From assembly GCF_012571345.1 (NCBI RefSeq), contig NZ_CP046218.1, positions 107,620-121,758 of the forward strand: a DNA stretch of 14,139 bases. Reading direction: 5' to 3'. The notes under the pieces were generated by a model. The model ran no database searches. It worked only from the letters and a program-made list of their open reading frames with translations, and was not told the origin of the DNA. Position numbers and translations under genes: made by a program. This DNA comes from Candidatus Saccharimonadota bacterium. GTDB lineage: Bacteria; Pseudomonadota; Gammaproteobacteria; Enterobacterales; Enterobacteriaceae. Below are positions 1 to 7,058 of the stretch, piece by piece (position 1 is the first letter of the stretch; each line of letters opens with the position of its first letter).

Positions 1-453
1 CAACAAAGTGCTTGGATTTATCTTAATAATATTTGTATAGGATACATGGGTGTTATTCATCCTCAAATTAATATAAATTTACAAATAAAAAATCAAACTA
101 TATTTTTTGAATTATTTTGTCATAAAATTAATATTTTATATAAACATAATGTTAATTATATTTCTAAATTTCCTATGCATCAACGAGAAATATCTTTTTT
201 AATAAAAAAAGATATTATTTATGATGATATTATTAGTATATTAAAAAAAATAAATATAAAAGAAGTTATTAATATTAATGTATTTGATGTATATGAAGGG
301 AGAAATATTCCTATAAATTATAAAAATATTACTTTAAGTATTAAAATACAAAGTAAAATATGCACATTACAAGAAGATGAAATAAACTATATTTTACAAA
401 AATATATACAATCTTTAAAAGATAAATATCAAATCATATTACGTGATCATTAA
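1..453 (+). CDS. pheT: Phenylalanine--tRNA ligase beta subunit, C-terminal part (5' end outside window)
   Basis: Frame 1 is open from base 1 (QQSAWIYLNNICIGY precedes the first ATG at 46) to TAA at 451-453. The translation aligns with the C-terminal region of E. coli PheT: GVVHPE ~ GVIHPQ, SRFPANRRDIAVVV ~ SKFPMHQREISFLI, NLFDVYRG ~ NVFDVYEG, and the terminal SLRD ~ ILRDH. Confidence 0.9.
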   Translation, partial: QQSAWIYLNNICIGYMGVIHPQININLQIKNQTIFFELFCHKINILYKHNVNYISKFPMHQREISFLIKKDIIYDDIISILKKINIKEVININVFDVYEGRNIPINYKNITLSIKIQSKICTLQEDEINYILQKYIQSLKDKYQIILRDH

Positions 454-508
454 TATAAAATTAAAATAAAATATTTGATATAATTACTCTAAAAAGGATA
501 CTCTAAAT

Positions 509-1144
509 ATGTTTAACGGTATAATACAATATTTAGGGATAATTTATAATATAAAACAAACACGAAATATCACTACAATTTTTGTTAAAGTTTCTAAAAA
601 TTTTATTTTTAATTTACAGATAGGTGATTCTGTATCTAATAATGGATGTTGTTTAACTGTAACTAATATATATCATAATAATATAATAAGTTTTGATATT
701 ATTAAACATACATTAGAAATGACTACTTTTAAAACAATTAAATTAGGTGATTTAATAAATTTAGAAAAATCTTTAAAAATAAATACATATATTGGTAGTC
801 ATATTATTTTAGGCCATATAACAGATACAGCATATATTGTACGTATTACACAACATGATGTTTATATATCTATATGGATAAAACTTAATAATATAAAACA
901 CATGAAATATATTATTACTAAAGGATCTATATGTATAGATGGCGTAGGTTTAACTATAGACCAAGTATTAAAAAATAAATTTAGTGTTAATATTATTCCA
1001 CAAACTTTAGCAAAAACTACACTATATTTGAAACGAATTAATAATAGTGTAAATGTTGAGATAGATATCTTTATAAAAACAATAGTACATATCACAGAAA
1101 AATTTTTAAAAAATTATCTTTATAAATTTTTTAAAAGTATATAG
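509..1144 (+). CDS. ribE: Riboflavin synthase (alpha chain)
   Basis: ATG start with AAGGA 10 nt upstream. The 211 aa product is collinear with E. coli RibC/RibE (213 aa): MFTGIVQG ~ MFNGIIQY, HNGCCLTVT ~ NNGCCLTVT, SFDLMKETL ~ SFDIIKHTL, GHIM ~ GHIT, KGFIGIDGISLTV ~ KGSICIDGVGLTI, NIEID ~ NVEID. Confidence 0.93.
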   Translation: MFNGIIQYLGIIYNIKQTRNITTIFVKVSKNFIFNLQIGDSVSNNGCCLTVTNIYHNNIISFDIIKHTLEMTTFKTIKLGDLINLEKSLKINTYIGSHIILGHITDTAYIVRITQHDVYISIWIKLNNIKHMKYIITKGSICIDGVGLTIDQVLKNKFSVNIIPQTLAKTTLYLKRINNSVNVEIDIFIKTIVHITEKFLKNYLYKFFKSI

Positions 1145-1156
1145 GATATAATAAGC

Positions 1157-2437
1157 ATGTTAAATAATAAACAAATTGACATTTTGCACCAATTAAAATC
1201 TCGTGAAATATTATATCAAATAACTGATATAAGCAACTTACACACATTGTTGTCTAATAATAAAATTAATTTATATTGTGGTTTTGATTTAACAGCAAAT
1301 AGTTTACATATAGGACACTTAATTACTATTATTACTTTAAAATATTTTCAAAAATTAGGTCATAATATTATTATATTACTAGGAGGGGCAACTAGTTTAA
1401 TTGGAGATCCTAGTTTTAAACATAAACAAAGAGCAATAATTAATATTGATACAATTGACAAATGGTACAATAACATTAGTATACAATTAAAATATTTTTT
1501 TCAAGAAACTAATATTACTATAGTCAATAATTTTGACTGGTTTAATAATATGAAAGTTTTATTTTTTTTAAAAAATATTGGTCAAAATTTTTATATCAAT
1601 CACATGATTAATAAAGATGCTATTAAAAATAGATTGATCAAAAATAAAGAACACAATCATCTTTCTTATACAGAATTTTCATATAATTTATTACAAGCAT
1701 ATGATTTTGCATTTTTATATAAAAATAATAATGTTATTTTACAAATTGGAGGTTCTGATCAGTGGGGTAATATTGTTTCTGGTATTGAATTAATAAAAAA
1801 ATTATATCAATATAAAGTATATGGTTTAACTACACATTTAATCACTAGAAAAAATGGTGTTAAATTTGGTAAAACAGAGAACCAAACAATTTGGCTAGAT
1901 AAAAATAAAACTACTCCATATTTGTTTTACCAATATTGGTTAAATATTAGTGATAGTATTGTTTTTAAATTATTAAAAATGTTGACTAATATTGATGTTA
2001 GAATCATTAACGAAATGAAACATAAAAAAACACATTATGATAAGCAAAAAAGTGCACAATATATATTAGCTGAGTATATGACTAATTTAGTTCATGGTGA
2101 AACAGAATTATTAATTGTTCAAAAAATTACTCATTTATTATTTGTTAAAAAATTTAGTTATTTAATAGAAAATGATTTTTATTTTTTATTAAAAAATAAT
2201 ATTAATAATGTTTTTTTAAATAAACAAGACTATTCTTTACAAGATATTTTAGTATGTAGTAATTTAGCCCCATCCAAAAAACAAGCTAAAAATATGATAC
2301 AATCACACGCTATATATATAAATAATCAAATGATTACTGATATTAATTTTATTTGTAATATTCAATGTATAAAATTTAATCATTTTTCTTTACTAAGAAA
2401 AGGGAAAAAAAAATTTGTATTACTTTTTTGGCAATAA
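1157..2437 (+). CDS. tyrS: Tyrosine--tRNA ligase
   Basis: The 426 aa product is collinear with E. coli TyrS (424 aa). It has the class I HIGH motif (SLHIGHL) and the KMSKS-equivalent KFGKT. Other matches are GGATSLIGDPSFK, FSYNLLQAYDF, LQIGGSDQWGNI and the C-terminal LLRKGKKKFVLLFWQ ~ LLRRGKKNYCLICWK. AGGA lies 9-10 nt upstream, overlapping the ribE stop. Confidence 0.97.
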   Translation: MLNNKQIDILHQLKSREILYQITDISNLHTLLSNNKINLYCGFDLTANSLHIGHLITIITLKYFQKLGHNIIILLGGATSLIGDPSFKHKQRAIINIDTIDKWYNNISIQLKYFFQETNITIVNNFDWFNNMKVLFFLKNIGQNFYINHMINKDAIKNRLIKNKEHNHLSYTEFSYNLLQAYDFAFLYKNNNVILQIGGSDQWGNIVSGIELIKKLYQYKVYGLTTHLITRKNGVKFGKTENQTIWLDKNKTTPYLFYQYWLNISDSIVFKLLKMLTNIDVRIINEMKHKKTHYDKQKSAQYILAEYMTNLVHGETELLIVQKITHLLFVKKFSYLIENDFYFLLKNNINNVFLNKQDYSLQDILVCSNLAPSKKQAKNMIQSHAIYINNQMITDINFICNIQCIKFNHFSLLRKGKKKFVLLFWQ

Positions 2438-2453
2438 ATTCTAAACATTAATA

Positions 2454-2527
2454 TGCGTTCTAGAGGATTCGAACCTCTGACCATCACCATGTCATAGTGA
2501 TACTCTAAACCACTGAGTTAAGAACGC
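2454..2527 (-). tRNA. valV: tRNA-Val, anticodon GAC
   Basis: The reverse complement folds as a canonical cloverleaf. Elements are acceptor GCGTTCT/AGAACGC, D stem ACTC/GAGT, anticodon stem TCACT/GGTGA with loop AT-GAC-AT, variable loop TGGTC, T stem AGAGG/CCTCT with loop TTCGAAT, and discriminator A. It closely resembles E. coli valV/valW. The 3' flank is TAT, so no CCA is encoded. Confidence 0.9.
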
Positions 2528-2567
2528 AAATCCATGTTTTAATGATACAATAAAATGTGTATATAAA

Positions 2568-3911
2568 TCAATTTTTTTGTATTGTAATTATACGATATAT
2601 CATTGATGATGATGATATAGTTAAAGCAATAATAAAACCTATCCAAAAACCTGCTGGACCTATAGCATGACAAATATAATCTGTTTTAGCCAATATAAAA
2701 CCTATAGGCAAGCCAATTAACCAATAAGATATAAAAGTTATATAAAATATAGATAGAGTATCTTTATATCCTTTTAAGATACCAGAACTTATAACTTGTA
2801 TAGCATCAGGAATTTGATATAAAGCAGCTAAGAAAATAAGTTGTGAAGCTAAATGAATAATATTTTCATTATTATTATATAAAGATATTATGTTTTTTCT
2901 AAAGAGTATAGTAAAAACAGAATTAAAAAAACCAATAATAATACCAATAAATATTACTATCCAACTAATTTTATATGCTAATAATTTTTTATGAGAACCT
3001 AAAAAATATCCAATTCTCATTGTTACAACTTTACTTAAGGCAAAAGCCATTATATATATAAAAGAACTAAAATTTAGAGCAATTTGATGACTAATAATAT
3101 TTTCTATGCCCATAGGGTAAATAAATAAAGATACTATAGTAAATAATGTTACTTCAAAAAAAATTGAAAATCCAATAGGTAAACCTAATACTAATATATT
3201 TTTTATAATTTTATAATCAGGTTTTATACATATATGCGTAATATGAATATTTTTGAAATATTGTGAATACATAATCCAAATAAAAACCATAATACACATC
3301 ATCCAATTAATAACTACCATTGATAATCCGCATCCTATCCCTCCAGCTTTAGGAAAAGAATGAAATCCATATATAAAAATATAATTTAATGGTATATAAC
3401 ATAATATACTAATAAAACTAATTATCATAATAGGGATTGTATATAATAATCCTTCAGATAAACAACGCAGAACTTGTAATAACAAGTATGCTGGAGTAGA
3501 CCATACAATAATTTTTAAAAAAAGAGATATTTTACTAGCTAATAAAGTATTTATATGCGGTAAATATGGTATAAATATACTGATTATATATATAATTAAT
3601 ATAACAATTATTGATAATAATATAGATAATAAGTATGCTTGCTGTATATATTTTTGAATACATACATATTTACTAGATCCATATAATTGTGAAATAATTG
3701 GTATTAATGATAATATAATGCCATGAAAAAATAATATTATAGGTGACCATATTGATGTGCTAATAGCTATTGCTGCAACATCTATATTACTAAAATAGCC
3801 TAACATAACATTATTAATAAAACTGATAGATATTTGTATGACTTGTGCAAATATTATAGGAATTGCTAAAATAAATATTTTTTTTATTTCTAAAATAGTT
3901 TTTGTATGCAT
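2568..3911 (-). CDS. mdtK: MATE-family multidrug efflux transporter (NorM/YdhE/MdtK type)
   Basis: The 447 aa polytopic hydrophobic protein is collinear with E. coli MdtK (457 aa): LAIPVILAQ ~ LAIPIIFAQ, AAVAIGTSIW ~ AAIAISTSIW, NYIFIYG, LGLPIA..FFEVTLF ~ LGLPIGFSIFFEVTLF, GHQIALNFSS ~ SHQIALNFSS, GILRGYKDTRSIFYITF ~ GILKGYKDTLSIFYITF, GPAGFWIGFII. It has an ATG start and a TGA stop. Confidence 0.9.
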   Translation of the reverse strand: MHTKTILEIKKIFILAIPIIFAQVIQISISFINNVMLGYFSNIDVAAIAISTSIWSPIILFFHGIILSLIPIISQLYGSSKYVCIQKYIQQAYLLSILLSIIVILIIYIISIFIPYLPHINTLLASKISLFLKIIVWSTPAYLLLQVLRCLSEGLLYTIPIMIISFISILCYIPLNYIFIYGFHSFPKAGGIGCGLSMVVINWMMCIMVFIWIMYSQYFKNIHITHICIKPDYKIIKNILVLGLPIGFSIFFEVTLFTIVSLFIYPMGIENIISHQIALNFSSFIYIMAFALSKVVTMRIGYFLGSHKKLLAYKISWIVIFIGIIIGFFNSVFTILFRKNIISLYNNNENIIHLASQLIFLAALYQIPDAIQVISSGILKGYKDTLSIFYITFISYWLIGLPIGFILAKTDYICHAIGPAGFWIGFIIALTISSSSMIYRIITIQKN

Positions 3912-4037
3912 AAATTGGTTTTATAGTATATGATTATAACATTATATATTATATAATATATATATTATTAATATTTATGAATATTAAATATTAAATTTTT
4001 TATTATGTTAATATTTTATTAAATAAGAGAATTAGAT

Positions 4038-4358
4038 ATGAATATTTTAGCACAAATAAAACAACAAATTATAGATAATCCAATTATTTTATATATGAAA
4101 GGCACTATCACAAATCCTCAGTGTGGTTATTCGGATAAAACCGCAAAAATAATATTAACATATCATGTAAAATGCACTTATATTAATATTTTAGATAATG
4201 ATAATCTTAGAAAATTTTTGCCTAAATATGCTGATTGGCCAACTTTCCCACAACTATGGGTTAATAATAAATTAATTGGTGGGTATGACATTATATCTAA
4301 TTTACATATGAATAATAAATTATTCAATATTTTACATAAAAATATTCATGATATTTAA
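4038..4358 (+). CDS. grxD: Monothiol (class II, Grx4-type) glutaredoxin
   Basis: The 106 aa product is collinear with E. coli GrxD: ENPILLYMKGS ~ DNPIILYMKGT and WPTFPQLWV..L.GG.DI are conserved. The active-site tetrapeptide reads CGYS (4122-4133) rather than the canonical CGFS. ATG start with AAGAGA upstream. Confidence 0.9.
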   Translation: MNILAQIKQQIIDNPIILYMKGTITNPQCGYSDKTAKIILTYHVKCTYINILDNDNLRKFLPKYADWPTFPQLWVNNKLIGGYDIISNLHMNNKLFNILHKNIHDI

Positions 4359-5005
4359 TTTTTAAAATTAATTATTTTAATTGGCGGCCAATAACCTAAT
4401 TGTTGCCATACATTTATATATTTGCAAAATAATGTTGCTGTGCGATTAGCATCATATAAAGCAGAGTGTGCTTGTTGATTATCAAACGAAATGCCCATCA
4501 TCTTACATGCTCTAGCTAAAACAGTTTGTCCTAAAATAAATCCGCTGAGAGTTGCTGTATCAAACATAATAAAATTATGGAATGGATTCATATGTTGCAT
4601 GTTAACACGTTTTATTGATTCTAAAAGAAAACTATGATCAAAACTAACATTATGTGCTACTAAAATAGCTTTTTTACATTTATTTTTTTTAATATATTGC
4701 CATATTTCATGAAAAATTATTTTTAATGCTTCCTTTTCAGAAATTGCATAACGTAGAGCAGTATATATATTTATTTTATTAAATAATAAAGCTTCTTGAG
4801 AAATATGTGCACCTTTAAAAGGTGTAATATGAAAATGAAGAGTCTTATGTAATGATAATAAATCATCATACATTTTTAATGTTACTAAACTAATTTCTAA
4901 AATAGCATTTATCTGGGAATTAAATCCTGAAGTTTCTATATCAATAACTACAGGACATAAACCTTGGAAACGATCAGATAAATAATTGGAAAAGGTTTTA
5001 TTCAT
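4355..5005 (-). CDS. rnt: Ribonuclease T (DEDDh 3'-5' exoribonuclease)
   Basis: The 216 aa product is collinear with E. coli RNase T: PVVIDVETAGFN ~ PVVIDIETSGFN, LHFHVEPF ~ LHFHITPF, VAHNANFDHSF ~ VAHNVSFDHSF, FDTA.L.G..LGQTVL..AC, QAHSALYD. All DEDDh catalytic residues are present. Confidence 0.93.
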   Translation of the reverse strand: MNKTFSNYLSDRFQGLCPVVIDIETSGFNSQINAILEISLVTLKMYDDLLSLHKTLHFHITPFKGAHISQEALLFNKINIYTALRYAISEKEALKIIFHEIWQYIKKNKCKKAILVAHNVSFDHSFLLESIKRVNMQHMNPFHNFIMFDTATLSGFILGQTVLARACKMMGISFDNQQAHSALYDANRTATLFCKYINVWQQLGYWPPIKIINFKN

Positions 5006-5044
5006 ATATTATTTTTTAATTTATATTATATAATACCGTAATAT

Positions 5045-5073
5045 TTTACATCATTATATTTAATGAGTAAAAT
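5045..5073 (+). promoter_or_regulatory. Candidate sigma70 promoter for minCDE (TTTACA-N17-TAAAAT)
   Basis: The -35-like TTTACA (5045-5050) and -10-like TAAAAT (5068-5073) each match consensus at 5 of 6 positions, with a 17 nt spacer. The site lies about 80 nt upstream of the minC ATG in the rnt/minC divergent spacer. Such matches arise easily by chance in DNA this AT-rich. Confidence 0.3.
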
Positions 5074-5152
5074 TATACTTCATAAAAAATATGTTATGGT
5101 TTAAATATGTATTATAATTATAATAACAATTATATATAAAAGGTGTCACTAA

Positions 5153-5932
5153 ATGTCTACAGAAATCATAAAATTTAAACAAGATAATTTTATATTTTAT
5201 GTAATTTATTTATATCACGTACAACCTAAAAATATATATCAAGCAATTAAAAATAGAATAAAAAATTCTATCGATTTGTTTACAAAAATTCCTGTAATAA
5301 TTAATATTTCTTTTGTTACATTAAAAGAAAAAGATTGGCCAAAAATTTATGAAGCAATTTTAAAAACAGGAATTCATATTATTGGAGTTAGTGGATGCCA
5401 TGATACTAATATCATAAAAGTAATTAATCGTACTGGCATTCCTATAATATATCAATATAATAATATTATCTCTAATACTAATTATATAGAACCTAAAAAA
5501 CAATTAATACAAACAAAAAATTATCAAACATTAGAATTATTAATACAAACAATTAAATATAAAAAAAAAATAAATAATATTAATTTTACAAATAGTAAAA
5601 TCATTGATTATCATATAAGATCCGGGCAACAAATTTATGCTCGTAATTGTGATTTAATTATCATTAATCATGTTAGTTATGGCGCAGAACTTATATCAGA
5701 TGGTAACATACATATTTATGGATATATGCGTGGTAAAGCATTATCTGGTGCTAATGGTAATCAAAATTGTCAAATTTTTTGTAGTAAATTATTTGCAGAA
5801 CTATTATCTATAGCAGGAGAAAATTTAATAAAAGATAATATTTCAAATGAATTTCTAGGACAAACTACAAGAATTTTTTTAAAAAATAAGAAAGTAACTA
5901 TACAATTATTAAATATGAAAAAAAATATATAA
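5153..5932 (+). CDS. minC: Septum site-determining protein MinC
   Basis: The 259 aa product has both domains collinear with E. coli MinC (231 aa): PVVLNVS ~ PVIINIS, GVSGC, RSGQRIYA ~ RSGQQIYA, CDLIV..HVS.GAELIADGNIHVYG.MRGRAL.GA ~ CDLIIINHVSYGAELISDGNIHIYGYMRGKALSGA, QIFC..L.AEL.SIAGE. AAAGGTG lies upstream of the ATG. Confidence 0.9.
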   Translation: MSTEIIKFKQDNFIFYVIYLYHVQPKNIYQAIKNRIKNSIDLFTKIPVIINISFVTLKEKDWPKIYEAILKTGIHIIGVSGCHDTNIIKVINRTGIPIIYQYNNIISNTNYIEPKKQLIQTKNYQTLELLIQTIKYKKKINNINFTNSKIIDYHIRSGQQIYARNCDLIIINHVSYGAELISDGNIHIYGYMRGKALSGANGNQNCQIFCSKLFAELLSIAGENLIKDNISNEFLGQTTRIFLKNKKVTIQLLNMKKNI

Positions 5933-5959
5933 TTTTATGTTATAAAGGAAACATATATT

Positions 5960-6769
5960 ATGCGTATAATTGTAGTAACATCTGGCAAAGGCGGCGTAGG
6001 TAAAACTACCTCAAGTGCTGCAATAGCAACTGGTTTAGCTCAACATGGTAAAAAAACTGTTGTTATAGATTTTGATATAGGATTACGTAATCTTGATCTT
6101 ATTATGGGTTGTGAAAGAAGAGTAATATATGATTTTATTAATGTATTACAAGGTGAAATAACATTACATCAAGCTTTAATTACAGATAAAAATATGAGTA
6201 ATCTATATATTTTGCCTGCTTCACAAACAATGAATAAAGATGCTTTAACTTATCAAGGAGTAGAAAATATTTTTAAAATTTTAAATATCATGAATTTTGA
6301 TTTCATCATATGTGATTCTCCTGCTGGGATTGAAAGTGGTGCATTAATTGCATTATATTTTGCAGATGAAGCTATTATTACAACTAATCCAGAAATTTCT
6401 TCTATTAGAGATTCTGATAGAATATTAGGTATACTATCTTCTAAATCAAAACGAGCGAAATATGGTGAAGAACCTATTGCAGAATATTTATTATTAACAC
6501 GTTATAATCCTGAAAGAGTATATTATGGTGATATGTTAAGTTTGGATGATATTACTGATATTTTAGGTATAAAAATTATTGGTGTAATTCCAGAAGATCC
6601 ATTAGTATTAAGAGCTTCTAATCATGGTAAAAGTATTATTTTACATAACACATCTGAAGCAGCACAAGCATATAATGACACTGTTAAGCGTTTATTAGGC
6701 GAAAAAGTTTCTTTAAGATTTATTAATTATAAAAGAAAAAGTTTTTTTAGACGTTTATTTTGGAGTTAG
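5960..6769 (+). CDS. minD: Septum site-determining ATPase MinD
   Basis: The 269 aa product is very similar to E. coli MinD over its full length. It has the deviant Walker A motif VTSGKGGVGKTTSSAAIATGLAQ. Other matches are VVIDFDIGLRNLDLIMGCERRV, CDSPAGIE, ADEAIITTNPE and the C-terminal amphipathic membrane-targeting helix FFRRLF. AAGGAA lies 9 nt upstream of the ATG. Confidence 0.98.
   Translation: MRIIVVTSGKGGVGKTTSSAAIATGLAQHGKKTVVIDFDIGLRNLDLIMGCERRVIYDFINVLQGEITLHQALITDKNMSNLYILPASQTMNKDALTYQGVENIFKILNIMNFDFIICDSPAGIESGALIALYFADEAIITTNPEISSIRDSDRILGILSSKSKRAKYGEEPIAEYLLLTRYNPERVYYGDMLSLDDITDILGIKIIGVIPEDPLVLRASNHGKSIILHNTSEAAQAYNDTVKRLLGEKVSLRFINYKRKSFFRRLFWS
6762..6765 (+). promoter_or_regulatory. 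Shine-Dalgarno (GGAG) for minE, inside the last codons of minD
   Basis: GGAG lies 6 nt upstream of the ATG at 6772. This supports that ATG, rather than the upstream TTG at 6760, as the minE start. Confidence 0.5.
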
Positions 6770-6771
6770 AG

Positions 6772-7050
6772 ATGTATTTTATAAATTTTTTTTTATCAAA
6801 AAAAAAAACAGCTGCAAAAATTGCTAAACAAAGATTAAAAATACTTATTACAGCAAATTCTCATGTAAAAAATATATATCCTGTATATATAACACAGCTG
6901 AAACAAGAATTAGTAGACATAGTATGTAAATTTACCAAAACTAATCCGAACAAGATTAATATTATTTATAATAGTGAAGAAAATACTTCACACTTAGTTT
7001 TAAATATAACTTTACCAAATAAAAAAATTACTAAGGTTAAAAAAATATGA
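6772..7050 (+). CDS. minE: Cell division topological specificity factor MinE
   Basis: The product from ATG 6772 (92 aa) aligns with E. coli MinE (88 aa): [23 protein letters not shown] ~ FINFFLSKKKTAAKIAKQRLKIL, and LELNVTLP ~ LVLNITLP. The ORF-track start at 6760 is a TTG overlapping the minD stop and would add 4 residues with no homologous counterpart. Confidence 0.85.
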   Translation: MYFINFFLSKKKTAAKIAKQRLKILITANSHVKNIYPVYITQLKQELVDIVCKFTKTNPNKINIIYNSEENTSHLVLNITLPNKKITKVKKI

Positions 7051-7058
7051 GTAAGATA

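Noticed and set aside
862-1095. 77 aa ORF on the minus strand inside ribE
   Set aside because: It lies entirely antisense to a well-conserved gene. The product is low-complexity and hydrophobic (I/F/L rich), typical of AT-rich shadow frames, with no SD and no recognisable homology.
3953-3987. AT-only palindromes in the mdtK/grxD divergent spacer: the 16 nt ATAATATATATATTAT (3953-3968), and TTAATATT-TATG-AATATTAA (3968-3987) followed by a tandem ATATTAA repeat
   Set aside because: The spacer is essentially 100% A+T, where palindromes and short tandem repeats of this size are expected by chance. There is no resemblance to a known operator such as the Fur box, and reduced genomes have few regulators. 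An operator role is still possible but unsupported.
5006-5152. Promoter for rnt on the minus strand of the rnt/minC spacer
   Set aside because: Several TATAAT matches exist on the minus strand, but none has an acceptable -35 element at 16-18 nt, so no call can be supported.
6760-6771. TTG start giving MinE a 4-residue N-terminal extension (MELE)
   Set aside because: E. coli MinE aligns from the ATG at 6772, GGAG is correctly spaced for that ATG, and the TTG overlaps the minD stop.
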